From an uncultured virus (IMG/VR IMGVR_UViG_3300017989_000096) (Duplodnaviria; Heunggongvirae; Uroviricota; Caudoviricetes), in IMG/VR virus record IMGVR_UViG_3300017989_000096: 64,000 nucleotides of DNA; one strand, 5' to 3'. This document shows, piece by piece, positions 50,089-59,217 of the stretch (positions are counted from its first letter, which is position 1; each line of letters opens with the position of its first letter). The position numbers and the translations under genes are program-made. A model generated the notes under the pieces. The model was not told the origin of the DNA. It saw nothing but the letters and a program-made list of their open reading frames with translations, and made no database searches.

Positions 50089-50741
50089 TTTTCATGAGAT
50101 ACAACGGTGGTGCTCCCGATGGGGATTTTACAGTCGGGAAGGTATACTTCGCACACGATGCATTGGAACATGAAGCAGTTGGGCGAACGGAGTTTTATGT
50201 TACTGATGACAACGACCAGAAGTTCAAATTCCGCTTTGATGATTATTTCCAAGAACTGGAAGAAGTCTATGCAGTTTGGCTTGGCGGGATTGAAGGAGTG
50301 GGTCTTGAGGTAGGCGAAACAGTTGTCATTGATCGCGCTGAAGATGATACCTTTGGAGCAGCAGGACATGGGTTTTTCAGACGAGAGCATTTTGAAATAC
50401 TTGATGGAACCAATCTTAAGCCAGGAGTGTATGTTTGCGATGTGCAAACAGGTCGATGGCTTAAGGTTATGAGGGTAGATGGCAAAATGAATCTGAGTAC
50501 GGAAGAGGATTCTGAAGTTTTTCATACGCCATTCGATTTCAAATTTGCTGTAGCGGATGGAGCGATTATCGATATGCCTATTGTCTATTGTGTGAATAGC
50601 ACAGGGATAGAAGAATTGACAGAAAGTGAAACATATGTTTTGGTTGCCAGTTTGAATGATATGGTTTGTGTCAAAAATGACAAAGGAGTAGTTGGAGAAT
50701 ATGATGCATCAAGATTTTCATGGGTACAGTCAGAAAATTGA
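50085..50741 (+). CDS. protein of tandem small beta modules
   Basis: FTVGKVY..VTDD; VYCVNSTGIEEL..KNDKG..SRF. Confidence 0.7.
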   Translation: MIFMRYNGGAPDGDFTVGKVYFAHDALEHEAVGRTEFYVTDDNDQKFKFRFDDYFQELEEVYAVWLGGIEGVGLEVGETVVIDRAEDDTFGAAGHGFFRREHFEILDGTNLKPGVYVCDVQTGRWLKVMRVDGKMNLSTEEDSEVFHTPFDFKFAVADGAIIDMPIVYCVNSTGIEELTESETYVLVASLNDMVCVKNDKGVVGEYDASRFSWVQSEN

Positions 50742-50758
50742 AAAAAGCTGTAGGGCAA

Positions 50759-50804
50759 CCGCAGATAAATCAGTTAATAAAATGAAGATACAAATAGGCT
50801 GCGG
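50759..50804 (+). promoter_or_regulatory. promoter core variant in ccgcag/ctgcgg inverted repeat
   Basis: cagttaataaaatga; right arm overlaps GGAGG. Confidence 0.6.
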
Positions 50805-50814
50805 AGGGTAGAAA

Positions 50815-51054
50815 ATGGTTTTTACGATGAGTACGGAGGAACAAGAGGTGGCAGAGCAGGTGGAAAGGCTGATGGAAGGACATTCAGCTTTGACCTACCA
50901 AATTGGTGATTCAGAGATTGCAGGGATTTTCAAAATCTTGCGCATGGCTCGCGTGAGACATTATTTGTCACTGAGAGGGATCGCGGTAGTAATTTCTTCC
51001 AAGGAAGGAAACATTGAAGAGATTAGGCTTATTCGTTTTCGGAGGGTTAAGTGA
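50815..51054 (+). CDS. stand-alone paralog of the downstream AAA ATPase N-terminal domain
   Basis: MVFTMSTEEQEV...LRMARVRHYLS vs MAFTMSAEEQEV...LRKSKVRHHLS. Confidence 0.8.
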   Translation: MVFTMSTEEQEVAEQVERLMEGHSALTYQIGDSEIAGIFKILRMARVRHYLSLRGIAVVISSKEGNIEEIRLIRFRRVK

Positions 51055-52283
51055 TGGCTTTTACGATGAGTGCGGAGGAACAAGAGGTTGTCAAACGCAC
51101 CAAACAATTGGTGGAAGAGCACGGGCGGTTGGATGTTTCGTGGGACGATCCAAAAGTCAAAGACATGGTGCCTACGCTGCGGAAATCGAAAGTACGGCAT
51201 CACCTGTCAACCGCTGAGCAGGTTGTAGTCAGTCTCGACCCAATCAACAAGCAAATTAGTCTGTTGAGATTGGGGGTTGCTTCGTCAAAGGCTGTTGCTA
51301 CTACCACGCCACAAACAGCACCAAAACCAAAAAAAGAGCCAGAGCCGGAAAAGCCGAAAGTTCCTACGCTGGGCAAGAAGCACAAGTACGAAAAGCCGTG
51401 GTTCCATGAAGACATGAAGAGAGCTATCCAAGCGGGTTTGGTGGTGCAGGGTGTTGGTGCACCTGGCACGGGCAAAACGCACCATGCTCATATCCTTGCT
51501 GATGAACTCAACATGGAACTGTTTTTGGTAAACTGCAACAGGGATATGGATATGGCTGCGGTGCTGGGAGAAAAAACAATCGCAATCGATGAGAAGACGA
51601 AGCAGAACTATGTCAAGTTCATGGAAGGGCCAGTTCTGCGAGCGATGACTTGTGGATTGGATGAGAAAGGAAATGAGGTAGGTCCAAAACCTGGACTGTT
51701 GGTGCTGGATGAATTTCCAACTACGCCAACGTGGATCGCAATCGGGTTGAACAACATGCTCGATAGTTTTGAAGAGCGACGTAAGGTCTGTGTTACAACC
51801 GATGGTGGACGAAGAGTTACTGCTCACAGTGGATTTAGAATTGTGCTGTTCGGCAATACGATTGGGCGTGGACATGTTGATGAGAAGGATCATTTGCTGA
51901 CAGCTCAGGCAGATGCACTGGACTATAGTACGCTTAGTCGTTACGAGGCGACATTCGAGTACTACTGGAACGAGAAGGCGGAAGCAAACATTCTGAGGCA
52001 AAAGATTGGCGATGATCGAATCGTAAAAGATGTACTGAAGTTTCGTGATGCAATTCGGGATCAGATGCGTCTCAACAATGTGGATACGATGCTGACCACA
52101 AGGCACATTGTTACTATCGGGAAGAGTTATGGAGTTTACAGCGGTGACATTGGAAAGGCAATCTACTTTGGTGTCATCACTAATGTGCCTGGGAATGAGC
52201 GTCAGATTTTCAATGAAGCAGCGCAAGTTGCTTTGGGTGAAGACCTTGAAAGGAAATATCGCCCAACACGTCGACGCAGTTAA
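51054..52283 (+). CDS. MoxR/CobS-like AAA+ ATPase
   Basis: GAPGTGKT, EGPVLRAM, LVLDE, AHSGFRI..GNT, ALDYSTLSRY. Confidence 0.85.
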   Translation: MAFTMSAEEQEVVKRTKQLVEEHGRLDVSWDDPKVKDMVPTLRKSKVRHHLSTAEQVVVSLDPINKQISLLRLGVASSKAVATTTPQTAPKPKKEPEPEKPKVPTLGKKHKYEKPWFHEDMKRAIQAGLVVQGVGAPGTGKTHHAHILADELNMELFLVNCNRDMDMAAVLGEKTIAIDEKTKQNYVKFMEGPVLRAMTCGLDEKGNEVGPKPGLLVLDEFPTTPTWIAIGLNNMLDSFEERRKVCVTTDGGRRVTAHSGFRIVLFGNTIGRGHVDEKDHLLTAQADALDYSTLSRYEATFEYYWNEKAEANILRQKIGDDRIVKDVLKFRDAIRDQMRLNNVDTMLTTRHIVTIGKSYGVYSGDIGKAIYFGVITNVPGNERQIFNEAAQVALGEDLERKYRPTRRRS

Positions 52284-52306
52284 CCCTCCGGCATCAGCCA
52301 AGCGGC

Positions 52307-52335
52307 GAGGGGTAGGTTTAGCCAGCCTACCCCTC
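52307..52335 (+). terminator. GC-rich 10-bp hairpin
   Basis: gaggggtagg/cctacccctc; no T tail. Confidence 0.45.
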
Positions 52336-52352
52336 AAATGGAGGGAAGCATA

Positions 52353-52790
52353 ATGGACGTCAATCGATACTTGATTTATGAGATGCTGGATAAGCAAATT
52401 TGGTTCAAACTTCCGGATCGGTTAGGAGGAGGTCAAGTTCGAGGAAATGTTGTTGATGTCTATCGTAACGTCATCACAAACGAAATAGAGATTACTCTTA
52501 GCAGAGAAGAAAAATTTGTATTTCGTGAGCCGGATAGCATTGTGAGGGCTGACGAAAACACGATTTTGTTTGTATATGGAAGTGAAGATGTAGATACTGA
52601 CGACGATTTCTTTGAGGAATTGAGAAAAGCTTCAGAACAAGGTTTGGGAGCTGACCAAGTTTTCAAGTCAATGCAAAAAACCAGTGTGATTGTTAGTTTC
52701 ACAGTGAGGGAACCAAAACAAAGCGGCACGTTTGAAAGCAAACGTTCCCAAACACAGAGACTCAGAAAGCTTGAAGAAGAACAAAATTAG
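52353..52790 (+). CDS. hypothetical protein
   Basis: GGAGG RBS. Confidence 0.7.
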   Translation: MDVNRYLIYEMLDKQIWFKLPDRLGGGQVRGNVVDVYRNVITNEIEITLSREEKFVFREPDSIVRADENTILFVYGSEDVDTDDDFFEELRKASEQGLGADQVFKSMQKTSVIVSFTVREPKQSGTFESKRSQTQRLRKLEEEQN

Positions 52791-52891
52791 AAAAATAAAA
52801 CAAGTCAAAAAACTGAGACGTAAGAGGTTATATAATTAGAGTGAAGTTTAAGTTGTGTGTTGTCAGACATTTAGCGTAAGGAGGTAAGCTT

Positions 52892-53779
52892 ATGGTAAGG
52901 GTTTTGAAGCAGGTCAAAGTTCTCGGCTATGAAGTCAAAGCCGAGTTGATGGACACTGTCATTCCTGCATCAGTTGTCAAAGAAACCGCAGAGATTTGCG
53001 GCTTGACGGCACGATACATTCCCAGAGATAGTCGGAAGAGGGCAGTTATTCGTGCTGCTCATGCTGTTTGCAAAACGCTCAAGGATGGTACGCAGAGTAG
53101 GCACGGTCAGTTTCGTGACCATCTCGCTCGCAGAATTCACGAGAATGGAGAGTCATTCGTGATGGGGATTGTGGATGAAGCACGAGATGAAGCTCACGAG
53201 GAACTGAACTACGAAAAAACGACAACGGTGCGACTCAACAAAAACACAAAGCATGTGGACGCAAAAGGTGAGAAAGCGGATGCATTCATGGAGGAGTATA
53301 GTCTGTACGCTTCAGGTTTGACCTCCGATGACATTCGCAGTGGGTTCATCTACAAAATCATCAGAGAGGACTGTCAGGGTGTTGCTCTGATTCGAACGGG
53401 TGGACTCTACTTTGTACCCGAACAGTACCTGCCTACGATCCAGGCTCTCAACAGGTTTTGCAGTGAGTTGGGTCTTGGTCGTATCTGGTTCGACATGAAG
53501 GTTGAATCGGATGAGTCGCAGGAATGGATTTGGGAGTGTGCCAAGCGCGAGGTCAAGGTCAAGGTCGATACGATCATGCGGGATGTTGACAACCTTGGCA
53601 GAATCAGTAGTGTGCAGAAGCGTCAGCTAAGTCTTGAAGAGAGTGCTGGACTGCTGAAGGCTTATGCTGAGCTGACTGGTTACGGTGCTGAAGCGGAGGA
53701 TTTGCTCAACGAGATCAACAATGCAAGCGAAACAGTCGCAAAGAGACTGGCAGAAGTGGAAGCTGCTAAGTCTGCGTAG
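52892..53779 (+). CDS. conserved phage hypothetical protein
   Basis: AAGGAGGT RBS; TGGLYFVP; ggttatataattaga core upstream at 52826. Confidence 0.8.
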   Translation: MVRVLKQVKVLGYEVKAELMDTVIPASVVKETAEICGLTARYIPRDSRKRAVIRAAHAVCKTLKDGTQSRHGQFRDHLARRIHENGESFVMGIVDEARDEAHEELNYEKTTTVRLNKNTKHVDAKGEKADAFMEEYSLYASGLTSDDIRSGFIYKIIREDCQGVALIRTGGLYFVPEQYLPTIQALNRFCSELGLGRIWFDMKVESDESQEWIWECAKREVKVKVDTIMRDVDNLGRISSVQKRQLSLEESAGLLKAYAELTGYGAEAEDLLNEINNASETVAKRLAEVEAAKSA

Positions 53780-53802
53780 TAGAAATGTGAGAGGAGACAC
53801 TC

Positions 53803-53834
53803 GAAAGGCCCTCTAAATGAGGGCCTTTCTCTTT
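53803..53834 (+). terminator. Rho-independent terminator
   Basis: gaaaggccctc-taaat-gagggcctttc-tcttt. Confidence 0.75.
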
Positions 53835-53844
53835 GGAGGAACAA

Positions 53845-54741
53845 ATGCGTTCTGAAGCCACGCCTTTGAAACAAGCAATCATCGTCAAGGCATTTACCAC
53901 TTGGTTATCGCAAATTCGTAGTGCAGGAAGGCCAATTGTTGTTGCAGATTTAACGGCTGGTCCTGGACAATATAATGATGGGATGTGGGGAAGTCCTTTG
54001 ATTTTCTATTTTGCGTTACGCAAGTGGTCACGCACTACTTCAGGTAAGTTCACACTTCTTGCGAATGATAAAAATCCAGAATGCTATTGGAAGTTGTTGC
54101 AGCAATTTGTCGAACGAGGCAATCCTGAAGATGTACGCGTATATCGTGGAGAACAAAAAGACATTTTCCCTTTTCTCTGGTCGTGGATGCATGGTAAGCG
54201 AAGTTTGGTTTATGTAGACCTGTGTGGAGGCAAATTCGATTTCGAGTGCATGGTAGAACCATTGAAGATTCCAGGTTTGAAAGATGTGGATGTATTGATT
54301 AACATCTCATCAGCGTATATTAAACGGGGAGGACACAACGGAGTTAGTCTACTTAAACCGACCAGAAAGTACTGGCTAATCACGCCTTACGAAGGGAAAC
54401 GCAACTGGGTTCGTATCTTTGGAACAAATCGAGCTGGATTATGTGTGCATTTTCGTTCATTGGGATTTAACGATGTCCGGCAGGAAGTCGGACAAACCAT
54501 TTGGGAGGATACTGTGATGGCACCAACTAAAGATGGAACCAAGCGGGCACTCAAAGCTTGGGAGACGAGAACAAAGGCTGATCCGGACATTGGTCGAAAG
54601 GCCGCAAAGAAGGCAGTTCAAACGCGTCGCAAGAACGAAGCAATCAAATTGCTCAAAAAGGGCATGCTTCCAACCAACGTAGCGAAAAAGACGAAGTTGA
54701 AAATTACAGCGGTTCAGCGACTGCGCAAACAGATGTCATAG
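53845..54741 (+). CDS. TcmP-like SAM-binding protein with C-terminal HTH
   Basis: VADLTAGPG..GSPL, LVYVD, DVLIN. Confidence 0.65.
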   Translation: MRSEATPLKQAIIVKAFTTWLSQIRSAGRPIVVADLTAGPGQYNDGMWGSPLIFYFALRKWSRTTSGKFTLLANDKNPECYWKLLQQFVERGNPEDVRVYRGEQKDIFPFLWSWMHGKRSLVYVDLCGGKFDFECMVEPLKIPGLKDVDVLINISSAYIKRGGHNGVSLLKPTRKYWLITPYEGKRNWVRIFGTNRAGLCVHFRSLGFNDVRQEVGQTIWEDTVMAPTKDGTKRALKAWETRTKADPDIGRKAAKKAVQTRRKNEAIKLLKKGMLPTNVAKKTKLKITAVQRLRKQMS

Positions 54742-54759
54742 TTGTAAAAGGAGAACATT

Positions 54760-55989
54760 ATGAAAAAGAAAGATTCTGTAGGTATCCCTGGGATTTGTAT
54801 CAGGAAGATTTTGGACATTTATCTTACTCCAGACAATATGGCACAGCATGCTGAGTTGCCTAAGTTTGTAGGAGATAGGAATCTGGACAAAAAACATGTT
54901 GCCTATTTGCGTCGTTCAATGGAGGAGGGCAGTTTTTTGTGGGAACATGTTACCCTTGCTGTTTGTTGGCTTGGAAGAAAAATGTACAGGCTCAACGGCA
55001 ATCATGTATCGCACGCAGTATGTGATATGCCTGTGAAATTCAAATCACCTCGCAAAGTTCATTATGTCGTCTACGAAGCCAAAGCAGAAGACGCAATGAG
55101 GCAACTGTATAATTTGGTTGATGAGATGAAGCGGCGCACAAAGTCAGACAAAATCAAAGGCAGGTTGTATAAAACTAAGCAGTTGAAAAAGATTGACGAT
55201 CCGAAGTCTTTGGAAAAAATCATGAATGGGTTTAATCAGTTTCTCATGAAAGATATTTGGAATTCCAAAAGACGGATTCGTGCGAGCGAATTCAAACCGC
55301 AGTCAGAGTCTGAGTCTGTCAATGAGTTGGCCAAAGAAGCTCTTGGCAAGAAAAACAAGTACGTGCTTGCGATTGCGAAGCTGTTGGGTCAATGCGAATC
55401 CAACAAAAAGCATGCTTGGTGGAAAGAGTCCATTGCAATGATGTTCTTGACCTACGAATATTTTCCAAAAGATTTGAGGTCTTTCTGGAATATGGTTATA
55501 ACGGGTGCAGGAATGAAAACTGAGACAGACCCACGTTGGCGTCTTCGCGAACTATTGCAAAATCCAAAATTACAAATATCAGGTGGGAGTGTTGAGAAGA
55601 TTACCGGGATAAGATTGTACCAATGCATAGCCTATGCTTTTGTAGTGTGGAAGAACGGTCAACCAATTCGAAAGCTTGCACACTTTACGAAATCATTTGT
55701 AATTCCAGATGTTGTGCAATGTTTTTCCGAACCAAAAGGACCTATTGCCAGAAGGCTTCTTTGTGCAAAACAGGTTCAGCAAAGTCCAATTACCGATACT
55801 GTGATAGAAATCGTCCGTAATAGCAATGGAGTAGGCATAGCACCAAGAAAAATTGTTAAGGTGGCTGAAGGGTACGGTTTCAATCCACACAGTGTTTCAA
55901 CCGTTTTGAGTCGTCAAGTCAAGAATGGCGTTCTCAAAAAAGACAAAGGCTTGTATTTTATTGGTGGAACAAATTGGAAAAGACTTTGA
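54760..55989 (+). CDS. ParB/DndB-like N-terminal domain protein with C-terminal winged helix
   Basis: DRNLDKKHV..L..SMEEG, RLNGNHV (DGQHR-like). Confidence 0.55.
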   Translation: MKKKDSVGIPGICIRKILDIYLTPDNMAQHAELPKFVGDRNLDKKHVAYLRRSMEEGSFLWEHVTLAVCWLGRKMYRLNGNHVSHAVCDMPVKFKSPRKVHYVVYEAKAEDAMRQLYNLVDEMKRRTKSDKIKGRLYKTKQLKKIDDPKSLEKIMNGFNQFLMKDIWNSKRRIRASEFKPQSESESVNELAKEALGKKNKYVLAIAKLLGQCESNKKHAWWKESIAMMFLTYEYFPKDLRSFWNMVITGAGMKTETDPRWRLRELLQNPKLQISGGSVEKITGIRLYQCIAYAFVVWKNGQPIRKLAHFTKSFVIPDVVQCFSEPKGPIARRLLCAKQVQQSPITDTVIEIVRNSNGVGIAPRKIVKVAEGYGFNPHSVSTVLSRQVKNGVLKKDKGLYFIGGTNWKRL

Positions 55990-55999
55990 AAACGAAAGG

Positions 56000-56033
56000 C
56001 GAATCTGATATAACTGTTTGAAAAGGAGATTCG
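56000..56033 (+). promoter_or_regulatory. promoter variant in cgaatct/agattcg inverted repeat
   Basis: cgaatctgatataactgtttgaaaaggagattcg. Confidence 0.55.
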
Positions 56034-56035
56034 TC

Positions 56036-56680
56036 ATGTCCAAATTGGCAATTGTTGAAGAAGCGCTAAAATCGCGCAAAGAGGACTTGTTTCGTCTCAA
56101 GGTAGAAAATGAGGCTTTGGACAAACAGATTGAGAAAAATGCCAAGCGTATTCTTGAGTGTACTACTCAATTGGAGATTGGACAGGAAGCACTTCAGTTT
56201 CTTGAAGACGTTGCAAATACACGCCGTGGAGTAATGAAATCTCAGATCGAAAAAATCGTTTCTGAAGCATTGGCATTGATTTACGGTCCCAGCTATAGAG
56301 TCGAATTGGTTTATGATGTGAAGAACAATCGCAGTTCGATGGAGATAGAGTTGGTCAGAAAGACGGCTGACGGAGAAGTTCGTACTGGTATGAATCTGCA
56401 TGGTGGTGGAGTTTCAGATACGATTAGTGTCCCTTTGAGGTTGTTAGTGCTTTTGGCATCACGGCAGACGGATAGAGTTTGTTTGTTAGATGAACCTTGG
56501 AAATATATGGATTTGACAGAGCGGATTGAGCGCGTAGCTGAATTTGTTGGCGAGGTTTCTCGCCGTCTTGGTTTACAAATGGTTATGTGTTCCCACCATG
56601 AGATAATGCATTCCACAGCAAATAGTGCATGGCATGTAGCAGATGATAATGGAAAAGCAATCGTCAAAAAAATCAAATAA
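56036..56680 (+). CDS. SbcC/Rad50-like C-terminal ABC-ATPase half with coiled coil
   Basis: LHGGG signature-like, LLDEP Walker B, CSH H-loop; no Walker A. Confidence 0.75.
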   Translation: MSKLAIVEEALKSRKEDLFRLKVENEALDKQIEKNAKRILECTTQLEIGQEALQFLEDVANTRRGVMKSQIEKIVSEALALIYGPSYRVELVYDVKNNRSSMEIELVRKTADGEVRTGMNLHGGGVSDTISVPLRLLVLLASRQTDRVCLLDEPWKYMDLTERIERVAEFVGEVSRRLGLQMVMCSHHEIMHSTANSAWHVADDNGKAIVKKIK

Positions 56681-56696
56681 ACTGTTGGCATTCCTA

Positions 56697-56749
56697 TCTT
56701 GCTCCAGTTAAATAATTGAAGAACAATTTCTATTTGCTGGAGGGCAAGA
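56697..56749 (+). promoter_or_regulatory. promoter core in bulged inverted repeat tcttgctccag/ctggagggcaaga covering SD
   Basis: cagttaaataattga core. Confidence 0.8.
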
Positions 56750-56750
56750 A

Positions 56751-57335
56751 ATGGCTGCACGCTACGTTGCAATTGAACTCAATGAAGTGAAGGAACTGTT
56801 GAAGGAAGAGAAGGGTTGGAAGGAAGTGGATGTTGCCAATGTGCACGAGCACGTTTTCGATTGGGCTGTGCCAGAACGAGACGGAGTTGTGGTTCGGGTA
56901 TATAGCTCGATCAGCAAAGATTTTGGTTGCCGTAAGGTAGGTGCGGATGCGATTCGCATTTGCGCAGTGGATGTCAAGCGCAACCGAGGTCTGGTGAAGT
57001 CACTGCGGGTCTATCGAGTTCCAAATTGGCAGGAGAGAGTCAAATCACGGGTGTGGAAGGTGATCAAAATTGCACGTGAACGGTCGATGAGAAATACTGC
57101 ACCGAACGTGCGTCAAAAACCTGCACCGGAGCTCTATGAAGGGAAGAAGGAAGAGAAAGTCAAATGTCAGGACTGCGGTGGTACGGGTCGTTATGTTTGG
57201 GGTACAATCATCAATGGAGTGCCGCAACATTCGGGTAAGTGCTATCGCTGTAATGGCAAAGGTTTTCAGACTGCGGAAGATCGAAAGCGGAACGAATACT
57301 ACGACAACCGAGTACGCAGAGTCGAAATTGCGTAG
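56751..57335 (+). CDS. hypothetical protein with DnaJ-type zinc finger
   Basis: CQDCGGTG...CYRCNGKG. Confidence 0.75.
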   Translation: MAARYVAIELNEVKELLKEEKGWKEVDVANVHEHVFDWAVPERDGVVVRVYSSISKDFGCRKVGADAIRICAVDVKRNRGLVKSLRVYRVPNWQERVKSRVWKVIKIARERSMRNTAPNVRQKPAPELYEGKKEEKVKCQDCGGTGRYVWGTIINGVPQHSGKCYRCNGKGFQTAEDRKRNEYYDNRVRRVEIA

Positions 57336-57591
57336 GAGGTGTGTTGTGATTTATTTAGCGAAATACCAAGAGGAAGCAGGCTATGTCGATGGCTTTGTCA
57401 AACTTGGTTTAGTCAAAGCAAAGTCCGAAAAGGAAGCAATCGAAAAAGCAGCAAAAATCATTACGGGTGATAGTTTTTTTGATTGGGACGCTGAACATTT
57501 TGAGTTTGTGAAACGTCATCTTTCTGTTGTAGCGGTTGATGGCGGGTTTTTGGAGATCAGCAGAGAACACACGGATTACGAAGGGTGACCG

Positions 57592-57882
57592 ATGAAAACA
57601 GCTGCTGAACTCAAGGATGTTCCTTTTCCTGATTGCTATGAAGAGTGTGAAATTGTCAGGATACTCGGAGTTGGTGAGTGTGATTCCATTTGTCCACACA
57701 AAAAGAATCAGTGTCCTTGTGGTTCAGGAAAAGAGTCATGGTGGGAAAACGATGCACAAGGCATTCCTCTTGAGCGTGTGTGTCCTGATTGCAAAGAACA
57801 GAAACTGAGCAAATATCGATCTATTATTCTTACGGGTTACACGCAAGCTGATGTGGATGAGCCTATTGAACCGGAGGAGTAA
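57592..57882 (+). CDS. Cys-rich (SEC-C-like CPCGSGK) protein
   Basis: CPCGSGK, DAQGIP..VCPDC. Confidence 0.7.
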   Translation: MKTAAELKDVPFPDCYEECEIVRILGVGECDSICPHKKNQCPCGSGKESWWENDAQGIPLERVCPDCKEQKLSKYRSIILTGYTQADVDEPIEPEE

Positions 57883-58472
57883 GATGGAAATTTTTTGTTC
57901 TGAGTGCAACATTTGGCTTAAGGAAGAGAAGCTTGTTTCTTATGTTGAGGGAAGCAAGCATTTGCACTGCCCACATTGCGGAACCCTTTTGGCAAGACAT
58001 GATGTTGGCTTAGAGGAAAAAGAAAAAGGAGGTAACTGATGTATTACGATGGTTGGTATTTGGAGTATCTGGTTGGGCAGGTAATACGAGCCAACCCAAG
58101 GATGTCGGCGAAGCAAGTGGTTCACAAGGCGGCTGCCATACAAAAGGAGTTGCAGAGCCACTCCAAACGAGAATCTCTTTTGCGGGAAAAAAAGAGAGCC
58201 AAGATGGATGCCGATGAGAAGAAATTGCTGGAACAGGACAAGCAGTTAGTTTGTCTGAGAAAGAAAATGGATGCGGCCAGCAAAAAACTGACAGAGCTAA
58301 ACCACACCCGACCTACCAAGAAAAACCAAGAGATGCTGGGGAAGAAACGTGAAGCCGCACGTGGTGTGCTTTTAGATTTGAAATCACAGCTTTCAAAAAG
58401 GGAGCACGAAATTCGGCGTGTGGTTCAAAAGAAATACAACGAATCGTAATCAAAGATTGTTCAGAGGAAGAA

Positions 58473-58766
58473 ATGAATCGTTGCCTTAGTTGCATGAAAT
58501 TCAACAGCTGTTCTAACAGAGTATCGGACAAGGATGTCGATGTTCAGTGCTCTGCTTTCAAAGAGTGGTCGAAAACACGTTTGGTGATGCGTTGTGTTAA
58601 CAACATGGGCTTGGAAGAACATTTCGATATTGGACTCGGGTATGATTTCGATGAGAAATCTTTGCTGCCAAATCTTGGTGAGCCTGAGTTGGTTGTTGTG
58701 TACGACAAGTTTGGTCAGCCGAAGGAGTGCTTTTCTGATCGTTTCGAATTGGATGAGGAGGAGTAA
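58473..58766 (+). CDS. Cys-rich N-terminus plus repeated module
   Basis: MRCVNNMGLEEHFDIGLGY..DKFGQPKECFSDRF. Confidence 0.75.
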   Translation: MNRCLSCMKFNSCSNRVSDKDVDVQCSAFKEWSKTRLVMRCVNNMGLEEHFDIGLGYDFDEKSLLPNLGEPELVVVYDKFGQPKECFSDRFELDEEE

Positions 58767-58767
58767 A

Positions 58768-59214
58768 ATGTCTGATGATTGCGAATGTGACATTTGTTCG
58801 GGTAAGGAATCGTTGGGTGATGCAAAAGCATGGGAAATGGAATGTTTGAAAAAACATGGTTGGTATTCTCACATCATACAAAGCGGTGACTCGACTACGC
58901 CAACAAGGTATAATTATCACACTCATGGTTTGCCGGAAGGAAAAGATTTGCAGATTGTCATGCCTTTGCCTCCCGACGATGCTCATACGATTGCTGCGAC
59001 AATTGCTAACAGAATCAAGGCAGGTGAGGATATTCAACATGGCTCTGTGTTGGATGAAGTGATTTGTAATTTTCAAGTAAGGTTGGTCGAAGCGGAAGAC
59101 AATGGCAGAAGAGTTTTACGTATCATTTTCCCTGACCAACAAGGCAAAATTATGCCATGGGATATGGCAGAACCATACTTGCAGCAATATGTCGGAACAA
59201 AAAAGGAGGGTTAA
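58768..59214 (+). CDS. DUF4262-like protein
   Basis: KHGWYSHI..NYHTHGL..DLQIV..RIIFPDQQG. Confidence 0.65.
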   Translation: MSDDCECDICSGKESLGDAKAWEMECLKKHGWYSHIIQSGDSTTPTRYNYHTHGLPEGKDLQIVMPLPPDDAHTIAATIANRIKAGEDIQHGSVLDEVICNFQVRLVEAEDNGRRVLRIIFPDQQGKIMPWDMAEPYLQQYVGTKKEG

Positions 59215-59217
59215 CTC

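Noticed and set aside
46335..52283. Cobalamin biosynthesis (cobS/cobT)
   Set aside because: No cobN or other cob genes; phage MoxR-VWA pairs are generally not cobaltochelatases
17975..56749. Repeated intergenic motif as a CRISPR array or attC integron cassettes
   Set aside because: Copies are kilobases apart with no regular spacers, no cas/integrase gene was seen, and the AT-rich core sits at promoter position
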